Shown here: piece after piece, positions 56,275 through 64,000 of the stretch | How the letters are laid out: every line of letters starts with the position of its first letter | How positions within the stretch are numbered: position 1 is the stretch's first letter | Assembly: GCA_965204615.1 (NCBI GenBank) | Contig: OZ242000.1 | Location: 1,473,803-1,537,802 of the forward strand | Direction of reading: 5' to 3' | DNA from: Acidimicrobiia bacterium | GTDB lineage: Bacteria; Actinomycetota; Acidimicrobiia; Spongiisociales; ZC4RG35 | DNA: 64,000 nucleotides | Program-made: the position numbers and the translations under genes | The notes under the pieces: model-generated | Database searches by the model: none | The model's input: the letters and a program-made list of their open reading frames with translations, nothing else | What the model was told of the DNA's origin: nothing

Positions 56275-59200
56275 TTATCGGGTTGCGATGGCTCGGGTCA
56301 GGAGGCTGGCCATCTGGGCTCTGGTAGTGGCTTCCTGGGGGCAGAATCGGGGCGGGTCGGTGGCGCATCCCAGGGTGATTCGGGCGGCTGCCAGGGCGTC
56401 GATGTCGGCGGCGTGGTAGTTGTGGGAGGTGTCTTCGAAACCGGCGGCCTCGGCTGTGGCTAACTCGAACGCTCTTACCAGGAAGCTGGCCATCTGGGCG
56501 CGGGTGACAGGCCTGTCGGGGCAGTACTCCAAGGGCTCGGTTGAGCATCCCAGGGTGATTCCGAGTTGGGCGAGGCGTTCGACGTGACCGACCCACCAGC
56601 GGTCAGCACCCACATCCGCGAATCGAGGCTCGGTTGGTTGGGCGGGGTCCTGTCCGTCGATTACCCGCACTAGCCATACCGCCATTTCCCAGCGTCTGAT
56701 CGGTTCTTGGGGGCATAGCTGTCCGGTGCGGCAGCCGGTGCGGTTCAGGATTCCTCTTGATGCAAGGTCTGTTACCGCAACGATGTGGTGTGTTCCTGCT
56801 TGGTCGAGATCGGAGAATCCGCCGGCCGGTTCGTCGCCCGTAGGCTCTCCGCCTCCGCCGCCTCCTCCGCCGCCGCTTCCGCCTCCTCCGCCGCCGCCTC
56901 CTCCGCCGCCGCCTCCGGTGGTGGGGGTGCTGGTTGGGGTGGTGACGGTGATGGCGGTGGTGGCGGTGCGGTTGTTGTAGTTGGCGTCGCTTGAGGTTGC
57001 GGTGGCGGTGATGGTGGCGGCGCCGACCGTCAGAGTGCGGACGCGGACGGTCTTGGGGGAGCGCCAGTCGGTGGTGGTAAAGGCGAGCGTCGCAGGCGCG
57101 ACGGTGGCATGCTCGGCGGGCTCGACGGCGAGGGCGACGGTGACTGCGGCTGCGGGCTGGGTGTTGAGGCGCACGGTGTAGGTGTCGGATTGGCCTCGGC
57201 CGATCGACAGAGCGGTTTTGCTGAGGGTCAGGCCGGGGCTGTCGATGTCGCGGATGGCGATGTCGAGGCACGGCGCGACTTCATACACCCACTGCAGCGT
57301 GAGCGAGGGCGTGGCGGTGGCGGACAGCCGCAGGGTGCGGTCGCCGTCCACGGCGTCGTCGCGTGGCAAAATCACCACCCCCGACGCGCTGGTCTGTCCG
57401 GCGGGAATGGTGAACGCTGCAGGCAAGGTGTAGTCGGCTGCGGTGGCGGCGTTGCTACCCGCCCCGCCGGGACACGCCGTGGTGGTCGCCAAGGCGATCG
57501 TGACGCCGCCGCTGTCCGCCGGCTTGTCCAAGGTGGCGGTGATTCGGAGCTGTGAGCCTTCCTGGCCCTGCCCGCCCGAGACCACCCCCGATCCAGCGAC
57601 GGCGATGCTGAAGCTGGTCGGGACGTCCTCGCTGTCGATTGTTACCACCGCCTGCAAGCTGCCGCCGGGTCTGCGGGAGTACAGGTCGCCGGTGGTGCGC
57701 GCCGGGCTTCGGGCCGGCGCGAAGCCCAAGCGGATGGTCTTGTCGGGCTCGACAGCGTCGTCGTCGAGAATGGTGATGGTCAGGTTCTTGGTGGTGGCGG
57801 TGTCTGTCGCGGTGGCGGCGAAGGTGACCGTCTTGGTCGCGATGGTGAAGTCCTGCCCCTCGGTCGCGGTGCTGTCGCCCAGCACTCTGGCAGTGAATGT
57901 GACCGGCTCGGCGGGCAGCGCGCTGATAGTGACCGGCACGCTCAGGGTGCCGCCGCTCACGTCCTCGTCGACGTCGGCGGTGTAGGCGTTGGTGGGCGCG
58001 GTGGTGGTGCCCGACGCGGCGAACGCGACCCACGCCTCGCCGCCGTCGTCGTCGGCAAACGACACGGTCACCTTGTCCGCCCCTGTCTTCTTCGGCGTCC
58101 ACCCCGACGCGGAGACGGTGACGGTGTGGGTGACGATGGCGGCGGACGGGGTGCTGTCATCCGCGATCGCCACCGACAGCGTGGCGCGCCGCTCCCCGAC
58201 GGGCACGGTGAGGGTCGACGGCGTGGTGGAGCCGATCATGTGGGTGACCGTCATCGACAACCCACCTGTGGGGGCGAGCGCGTCCAGGGTCACCTCCAGT
58301 TCCACGGCGGTACCCTCTTCGCCGGTGGCGGTCGACAGGCCGGTGTCTTTGGCAACCAGGGTGAACGTCATGGCGGGCTCAAGCACCTTCGCGGTCACGT
58401 TCGGGACCGACAGGCCTTCGTAGGTGGTGTCGCTGCTGGTGACGGTGTGGCTGATGGTGGCGGTGCCGTCGGCGACGCCGGTCACGGTCACATCCTGGGG
58501 CTGCGACCAGTTCGTCGAGGTGAACGTCAAAGCCCCCGACACGGTCGCCGTCGCCGAGCTGCTGGTCGCCGGAGTGACGGTCACGTCCGCTGTCGGCGCG
58601 GCGTTGAGCTGGATCATGTAGGAGACCTCCTCGTCCTCGACCATCTCCACCCGGGTCCTCGACAGCGTCGTGCCGGCGCCGGAATCGAGGATCTGCGCAT
58701 ACAGCCCGCCGAGCTGCGTCAGCCCCGACAACGCGGCGGTCAAAGACCGCGACTTGCGCTGGGCCCTGGCCTGGATCAGCAGCACCTCCTGGGGCTCGGT
58801 GAGCGTGTCGGAGACGAAACTGACCGTGCCCGTCGCCGTGGTCTGCCCCTCGGGGATCGTGAACGGCGCGAACCGCACGTCGGCCGCCCCGGCGCGGCCC
58901 GACCCACCGACGCCGAAGGTCCGACGCGCCGGGGTGACCCGCCACCCCCCGGGCCCCGCGGGGATGTCGGACACCGCGGTCAACGTGGCCTGCGTGCCCT
59001 CGTACACCCGGTAATAGCGGCCCGCGAACTCAGACGCCGAGATCGACAACGTCACCTTCGACACCGCGTCCTCGCTTTTCACCGTCACCCGCGACCTCGC
59101 CCCCGAAGCGTGCCGGTCGTAGTGATCGCCCAGATCGTCCACCGTGGTGTCAGCGGCGACGATGCGCAGCTCGATAGTCTCGTCGTCCTCCTCGACGATG

Positions 59201-62200
59201 TCGTTGTCGATCGCGATCGTCAGATCCATCGACTTGTCGGTGGCCGGGCCGAACATCACCGACTTCGTCGCGATCGAGAAGTCACGCGGATTGCCGGTCG
59301 TATTGTTCGAGTCAGCGGTCTCCCGTGCAGTGCTCGCCGACAGCACCTCCACCGCGAACGTCGTATTGGACTCGGGCAGATGATTGATGATGATCGGCAC
59401 CTTGAGGGTGCCCACCACCTCCTCGCCCGTCGCCGTGTGACGGCTGGTGGACGCCGCGTTCGTACCGAACGCGATCTTCGCGGCCCGCTGCTCGTCGTCC
59501 TCGATCGTGATCGTCCCCCGCGCGCCGTCGGCGTGGCGGTCGTAGTAATCGCCCAGATCGTCCACCGGGTTGTCCTTGGCGGCGATCCTCACCAGGATCG
59601 TCTGGTCGTCCTCCACCCACGAGTCGTTGAGGATCGAGAACCGGAACGTGCCGGACGTGTTGCCCGCGGCGAGGGTGGTCGTGGTGTTCACCGCGGTGAA
59701 ATCGGCGCCCGCCGTCGCCGTGCCCGTACCCAGAACATTCAAGGTGAACACCGTGGCCTCAGACGGGGCGCGGCTCACCCTGAACGGCAGGTCGTAGTTG
59801 AACGAGGCGCCCCCGCCGGTCCCCTCGCGGCGGTCCACTGTGAACACCATCTCCGACTGGGCGTTCGTCCCCAACGCAATCTTCGCCGCGGCGGCGTCGT
59901 CGTCCGCGACCGTCAACGTCGCCAGGCGGCTCATCGCGTTGCGCCCGTAGTGGTCGCCCAAGTCGAAGTCCATGTGCGTGCTCCCGCGCGCCGCGACGAT
60001 GCGCAACTGCACCGTCTCGGGATGCTCCACCAGAGCGTTGTTGTTCAGGCGCACCTGCACGTTGCGCGACTTCTGGCCGGTCGGCCCGAACGTCACCTGC
60101 TTGTTGCCCAGCACCCGGTAGTCGCCCGGATTGGACGAACTGGTGTACTCCGTCGCCGGACGCGTGGCGGTCTCCAACACCTCCACCGTGAACGTCGTGC
60201 TGGTCTCCGGCAAGTGATTGATAGTCACCGGCACGTTCACGGTGCCGTCGTCCTCATCCACGTCCGCCGTGTACGCCGCGGTCGATGCCGCGTTGCTCGC
60301 GTGGAACGCGATCTTCGCATTCGGCCGCTCGTCGTCGGTGATCGTCAACGTCGCCAGCCGGCTCATCGCGTTGCGGGCGTAGAACCGGCCCAAACCGCTG
60401 GCGCTGTCCGCGAGGCGCAGCTTGACTGTCTGGTCCTCCTCCACCAGCATGTCGTTGGTGAGCGAGATCAACATGGCCTGTTCAACGGTGTTGTCGCCGG
60501 GCCGGAAAGTCACCGACTGAGTAGCGATCGTGTAGTCGGCGGACGTCGCCGTGGTGCCCTGGGACACCACCTCGATGTTCACCGTCACATCGGACTCCGG
60601 CAGGGCACTGACATAGACCGGCGCTGAGACCATCCCGCCTCCCTTGTTCTCGGGTGCCAGGATGATGGGGAAGGTGAACTGGATCGTGGCCTCGTCGGCC
60701 TCGTCGTCTTCGATGGTGACGACCGCTCGGGCGCCGTTGCTGTGGCGCGTGTAGTGGCGTCCCAGGCTGTTCGATGCGCTGTTGTCGATGCCCAGGGTGA
60801 TCCGCTGGTCCTCCTCCACCAGCGAGTCGTTGGTGATGGTGACCGCCAGGTTCTTGGTGACCGTGCCGCCGGTGAGGGTGTCGGTCGGCCCGAACGTCAC
60901 CGACTTGGTCACGATCCGGAAGTCGCCGGGGTCCGACGAACTCTGCCACTCCGCAGCCGGTCTGGTCGTCGTCGTCAGCACCGACACAGCGAACGTGACC
61001 GACGCCTCGGGGATGCGGTTGATCGTGACGGGGACGTTCAACGTCCCGCCCGTCACGTCCTCGTCCTCGCTGTCCGTGTAGTTCGACGTGGACGCCGGGT
61101 TCGTCCCGAACGCGATCCTGGCGCCCGTGCGCTCGTCGTCCGTGATCGTCACCTTCGCCAGCCGCCCCATGGCGTGACGCGTGTAGTGCTGCCCCAGGCC
61201 GGTGTTCCCGCTGTCGGAGATCTTCAGCTCGATGGTCTGGTTCTCCTCCAGCAGCGTGTCGTTGGTGATGGCGATCGTGAGATGCTGGATCCTGGAGCGG
61301 GTGGGCCCGAACGTGACCGACTTGGTCGCGATGCGGAAGTCGCCGGGGTTCTGCGCGTTGGCGTACTCCGTGGCCGTGCCGCCCGTCTCCACCGTGACGT
61401 TGAACGTGGTGTCAGCCTGCGGGTTGTCAGTGATGACGATGGGCACGCGGAGGGTCCCGCCCGACACGCTCTCCGACACGGTGAAGGTTTGCTTCGTCGT
61501 GGCCCTGATGCTCCTGAATCCGACCGTCGCGTTGTCGTCGTCGTCGTCGGTGATAGTGATCGTGGCCTCGTCCTCGCCGCTGACTTTCTGCCAGCCCGAC
61601 ACCGCAGTGGAGATCGTCGCGGTGAACGTCTCATCCCCCTCCACCAGGGCGTCCTGGGCGATGGGTATGGTCAGCGTCCCCGTGGTCTGACCCACGCTGA
61701 TCGTCAGCGTCGCGGGCGTGGTGCCGGTGTCGTCCGCGGTGGCGGTGCTGCCGGAGTAGTCGTAGGTCACGGCGAGGGCCAGCCCCCCGGTCGGCGCGGC
61801 CTCCCCCAGCGTCACCGTGAGCTGCGCGTTCGCGCCCTCCGCGGCGGTCTTGGTCGACTCGATCCGGAACGTCTTCCCGGCGCGCGTCACCGTGATCACA
61901 TACGTCTTCGTCGTCGTGCCGTCCTGGGCGGTGACCTTCACGTTCACCGTGTTCGACCCCACCGACAGCGAAATCGCCGCACTCGCCGACCCGCTCGTCA
62001 CCGCCGCCAACGACGACCCCAAACCCGCCTCCACCGTCGCGTTCGACTCGGTCACCGTCGGCGTCACCTTCAAATGCGTCACACCATTCGCCACCGACGC
62101 CGTATAGGTGGTCGTGTCCGAATCGAACGCCGGACTCAGCGTCAACGACCCCGTAAACGACGACCCGTCAGTGCTCGTGGCACCGGTCAAAGAGCTTAAC

Positions 62201-62469
62201 GTCGCGACACTCGACTGAGCCTGGGCTTCAGCTTTTTGGGCCAGGACCAAGGACGCCACCAGCGCCACCAGCCCCACCACGGCCGCGAGGCCGCCGAGGG
62301 CGCCCGCGCTCAGCCACCGCCCCCCCCCCCCGGGCGGGACAGACCCGGCTAAATCAGAGAGAGAGACGGGCCCGGCGGCTGCCATGGCGGCTCCTTGTCG
62401 ACGGGACATCGGGACACCCAGAAATAGTGTGAACACGCCCTGGCTGGCGCGCCAGCGAACCAGACTCAT
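56275..62469 (-). CDS. Giant (about 2064-aa) cell-surface protein with multiple Calx-beta-like repeats, a poly-Gly linker, and three C-terminal SLH (S-layer homology) domains
   Basis: A signal-peptide-like N-terminus, then about 8-9 repeats ending in ..(V/I)TI(T/E)DDE.. (Calx-beta pattern), a G23 linker, and three C-terminal SLH motifs (FADVGADRWWVGHVERLAQLGITLGCSTEPLEYCPDRPVTRAQMASFLVRAF and others). The alternative ATG at 62409 is also possible. Confidence 0.8.
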   Translation of the reverse strand: MSLVRWRASQGVFTLFLGVPMSRRQGAAMAAAGPVSLSDLAGSVPPGGGGRWLSAGALGGLAAVVGLVALVASLVLAQKAEAQAQSSVATLSSLTGATSTDGSSFTGSLTLSPAFDSDTTTYTASVANGVTHLKVTPTVTESNATVEAGLGSSLAAVTSGSASAAISLSVGSNTVNVKVTAQDGTTTKTYVITVTRAGKTFRIESTKTAAEGANAQLTVTLGEAAPTGGLALAVTYDYSGSTATADDTGTTPATLTISVGQTTGTLTIPIAQDALVEGDETFTATISTAVSGWQKVSGEDEATITITDDDDDNATVGFRSIRATTKQTFTVSESVSGGTLRVPIVITDNPQADTTFNVTVETGGTATEYANAQNPGDFRIATKSVTFGPTRSRIQHLTIAITNDTLLEENQTIELKISDSGNTGLGQHYTRHAMGRLAKVTITDDERTGARIAFGTNPASTSNYTDSEDEDVTGGTLNVPVTINRIPEASVTFAVSVLTTTTRPAAEWQSSSDPGDFRIVTKSVTFGPTDTLTGGTVTKNLAVTITNDSLVEEDQRITLGIDNSASNSLGRHYTRHSNGARAVVTIEDDEADEATIQFTFPIILAPENKGGGMVSAPVYVSALPESDVTVNIEVVSQGTTATSADYTIATQSVTFRPGDNTVEQAMLISLTNDMLVEEDQTVKLRLADSASGLGRFYARNAMSRLATLTITDDERPNAKIAFHASNAASTAAYTADVDEDDGTVNVPVTINHLPETSTTFTVEVLETATRPATEYTSSSNPGDYRVLGNKQVTFGPTGQKSRNVQVRLNNNALVEHPETVQLRIVAARGSTHMDFDLGDHYGRNAMSRLATLTVADDDAAAAKIALGTNAQSEMVFTVDRREGTGGGASFNYDLPFRVSRAPSEATVFTLNVLGTGTATAGADFTAVNTTTTLAAGNTSGTFRFSILNDSWVEDDQTILVRIAAKDNPVDDLGDYYDRHADGARGTITIEDDEQRAAKIAFGTNAASTSRHTATGEEVVGTLKVPIIINHLPESNTTFAVEVLSASTARETADSNNTTGNPRDFSIATKSVMFGPATDKSMDLTIAIDNDIVEEDDETIELRIVAADTTVDDLGDHYDRHASGARSRVTVKSEDAVSKVTLSISASEFAGRYYRVYEGTQATLTAVSDIPAGPGGWRVTPARRTFGVGGSGRAGAADVRFAPFTIPEGQTTATGTVSFVSDTLTEPQEVLLIQARAQRKSRSLTAALSGLTQLGGLYAQILDSGAGTTLSRTRVEMVEDEEVSYMIQLNAAPTADVTVTPATSSSATATVSGALTFTSTNWSQPQDVTVTGVADGTATISHTVTSSDTTYEGLSVPNVTAKVLEPAMTFTLVAKDTGLSTATGEEGTAVELEVTLDALAPTGGLSMTVTHMIGSTTPSTLTVPVGERRATLSVAIADDSTPSAAIVTHTVTVSASGWTPKKTGADKVTVSFADDDGGEAWVAFAASGTTTAPTNAYTADVDEDVSGGTLSVPVTISALPAEPVTFTARVLGDSTATEGQDFTIATKTVTFAATATDTATTKNLTITILDDDAVEPDKTIRLGFAPARSPARTTGDLYSRRPGGSLQAVVTIDSEDVPTSFSIAVAGSGVVSGGQGQEGSQLRITATLDKPADSGGVTIALATTTACPGGAGSNAATAADYTLPAAFTIPAGQTSASGVVILPRDDAVDGDRTLRLSATATPSLTLQWVYEVAPCLDIAIRDIDSPGLTLSKTALSIGRGQSDTYTVRLNTQPAAAVTVALAVEPAEHATVAPATLAFTTTDWRSPKTVRVRTLTVGAATITATATSSDANYNNRTATTAITVTTPTSTPTTGGGGGGGGGGGGGSGGGGGGGGGEPTGDEPAGGFSDLDQAGTHHIVAVTDLASRGILNRTGCRTGQLCPQEPIRRWEMAVWLVRVIDGQDPAQPTEPRFADVGADRWWVGHVERLAQLGITLGCSTEPLEYCPDRPVTRAQMASFLVRAFELATAEAAGFEDTSHNYHAADIDALAAARITLGCATDPPRFCPQEATTRAQMASLLTRAIATR
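56845..56920. repeat. Trinucleotide (GCC/TCC)n simple-sequence repeat encoding the poly-Gly linker of the giant SLH protein
   Basis: The run ctccgcctccgccgcctcctccgccgccgcttccgcctcctccgccgccgcctcctccgccgccgcctcc was read directly. Confidence 0.7.
62320..62331. repeat. C12/G12 homopolymeric tract inside the 5' coding region (signal-peptide n-region, PPGGGGRW) of the giant SLH protein gene
   Basis: Twelve consecutive C on the + strand, i.e. G12 on the coding strand. Confidence 0.8.
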
Positions 62470-62798
62470 ATCCGTTCATACAACATGGCTCGGTCATTGA
62501 CACGCAGACTATACATTTCACCCCAGAAAAACATGAAATCCATATGGTTAGCCTGGATTCACCGTTCTGACTGCCGGGGGTGACCCTGGCGTGGGACCTG
62601 GTACGCGAGATCCGAAGCATCGACACCCGCCACAACCCACCCCCCAACACCAGCATTCAACCCCCACCCACCCGAATAAATCAGCAGCCTCCTAGAGCGC
62701 CGGATTCCGAACAGTCCGCGATTCTTTCATCTGGCACGCGAAAGTTCTCCGCTCCGCAGTAGCCAGCTTATATAACGTAAACCATTATCTTTATACGC

Positions 62799-63215
62799 AT
62801 GACGATACAAACTGTTTCCCGTGGCGCGGCAGTGGCGAACCGGAGCGTCCGGCGGGTCCCCCGCACCCGTTCATTCTCCGTAGAACTCATCCCTCCGGCG
62901 CAGGACGGGTACTCTCCCGGGCACGAATACGTCCGGCGTTTCTGGGCGGCCGCAATCGGAAAGGGGGCGACCCGAGACCTCCTGGAGTTGTTCCTGGCCG
63001 GCCTGCGACGCCGACGGGTCCGTGAACCGTTCTATCTGGAAGTGCTGGCTTCGGCCGGGCTGGTGCAGGTGGTTGAAGGCCGAATCCGCATGCCCTCCCG
63101 GGTGCCGCCCCTGCCATCCTGCATGGTCAGCCGCCTGGCGCCGCATCTGAGATTCGACCATCGCCGCTGGACGCCGGCCCCCGGTCCGTCAGGTACCTGC
63201 GGGACATGGCCATAG
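62799..63215 (+). CDS. Hypothetical protein, weak call
   Basis: The ORF follows an AT-richer divergent intergenic region (62470-62798). Its 3' end overlaps the convergent minus-strand gene by about 89 nt, and the tail composition looks noisy. Confidence 0.3.
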   Translation: MTIQTVSRGAAVANRSVRRVPRTRSFSVELIPPAQDGYSPGHEYVRRFWAAAIGKGATRDLLELFLAGLRRRRVREPFYLEVLASAGLVQVVEGRIRMPSRVPPLPSCMVSRLAPHLRFDHRRWTPAPGPSGTCGTWP

Positions 63216-64000
63216 ACCCGACCAGGGCCAGGGCGATGACCTCTCCCACCCAGAACCCGATAGCCACGGCCAGGACCGGTCCGTGGGGGCTCAGCCACAC
63301 CACCAGCGCCGCGGCTGCCAGACCCAGCACCCAAGCCGTCGCCAGACGGCCCGTCCGGGACCTCGCCACGAGGATCTGACCCATCAACTGCACGCCGGCC
63401 GCCATCATCGTTCCCGACAACACCAGCGCGGCCACCTGAGCGGATGGGACGAAGACCGAGCTCATCAGCAACCTCACCGCCGGGGGCCCCAGGAGAAACC
63501 CGAACACGCCCCCCAGAACACCCAGCACCGCCGACAGAGCCCACAGCTTGCTCCCAAGCTTGCGCAAGGGCTCTTCCTCGCCCCGGGTGAACATCCGGAC
63601 CAGGGGAGGGAGAATCCGGCCCTGGAGGCTGTACATCAACGTCACCGGGGCGCGGAAGAGAACGAACACGATGAAGGTGACGCTCACCTGGGCGGGAGTG
63701 GCGTCAAGGTAGGTCACGATCAGGGGGGCGCCGGCCACCAGAATGTGGGCTGCCAGGGACCCCACCACATACTGCTGGACGAAGACCGCCCCCGCCACCG
63801 AGGGTGTATCCGACCTGTTCCCCCGCCAGAAGGCGAACAGGAAGGCCACCCAGGGAGCGGCCGCCATAGCCCATCCCAGGCCGACCGCTCCTCCTCCCGT
63901 GGTCAGCACCACTCCCGCCGCCGACAGACGAAGACCCCCTTCGGCACACAGCATCCAACCCACCCGTCCAAACCGTCCCCTACCCTCCAGCATCCCCATC
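63127..64000 (-). CDS. Polysaccharide biosynthesis/export protein of the MOP flippase superfamily (Wzx/MurJ-like), C-terminal part; the gene start lies beyond the window end
   Basis: About 8 hydrophobic helices with an organisation typical of the C-terminal half of Wzx-type oligosaccharide flippases. The frame is open to position 64000. Confidence 0.5.
   Translation of the reverse strand, partial: MGMLEGRGRFGRVGWMLCAEGGLRLSAAGVVLTTGGGAVGLGWAMAAAPWVAFLFAFWRGNRSDTPSVAGAVFVQQYVVGSLAAHILVAGAPLIVTYLDATPAQVSVTFIVFVLFRAPVTLMYSLQGRILPPLVRMFTRGEEEPLRKLGSKLWALSAVLGVLGGVFGFLLGPPAVRLLMSSVFVPSAQVAALVLSGTMMAAGVQLMGQILVARSRTGRLATAWVLGLAAAALVVWLSPHGPVLAVAIGFWVGEVIALALVGSMAMSRRYLTDRGPASSGDGRISDAAPGG

Noticed and set aside
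56603-62199. Numerous ORFs of 60-833 aa on the plus strand and in alternate minus frames across 56.6-62.2 kb
   Set aside because: All lie inside or antisense to the 2064-aa Calx-beta/SLH gene, whose repeat architecture is internally consistent. The alternate frames are Arg/Gly/His-rich.

Overview
This is a high-GC (about 65-70%) chromosomal segment that looks actinobacterial, densely coded on both strands, with a few lower-GC or AT-rich islets. Recognisable content, left to right:

- **Housekeeping sugar and methyl-cycle genes:** phosphomannomutase, a small Trm112-like ORF (absent from the ORF track), a SIS-type bifunctional PGI/PMI, and adenosylhomocysteinase.
- **Fic protein:** a Fic-domain gene sits behind an AT-rich leader carrying a perfect palindrome.
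- **Cobalamin uptake/salvage operon (minus strand):** a cobalamin riboswitch precedes an ABC substrate-binding lipoprotein, permease and ATPase, then CobO adenosyltransferase and a CobC-like phosphatase.
- **MprA/MprB/PepD-like stress module:** an OmpR-family response regulator, a histidine kinase and an HtrA protease run as three minus-strand genes linked by overlapping stop/start codons.
- **Two tandem TlpA/ResA-like thioredoxin genes with an in-frame TGA where the first Cys of CxxC should be.** These are candidate selenoproteins and the most interesting item here. One is a lipoprotein and the other carries S-layer-homology (SLH) anchoring domains.
- **IS110 remnant island:** a 5'-truncated, frameshifted IS110 transposase next to a low-GC nuclease-like gene.
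- **Transport and metabolism:** SDR oxidoreductase, CocE/NonD hydrolase, two tandem paralogous MFS transporters, a MobA-like gene, an opp-type oligopeptide ABC operon (oppABCDF order on the minus strand), two tandem paralogous threonine aldolases, an LLM flavin oxidoreductase and an amidase.
- **Lower-GC degraded region (about 41.3-46.0 kb):** a tRNA-like minihelix, an acidic secreted repeat protein and frameshifted gene fragments.
- **Pup-ligase cluster and neighbours:** pafA-pafB-pafC, an Lpd-like flavoprotein and a methylmalonyl-CoA-mutase-family gene.
- **Cell envelope:** a class A penicillin-binding protein with three near-identical PASTA repeats, and a 2064-aa Calx-beta/SLH S-layer-type giant protein that contains a G12 homopolymer and a poly-Gly simple-sequence repeat.

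No CRISPR array, rRNA or intact tRNA was found. All functional calls rest on motif recognition by eye, since no searches could be run.
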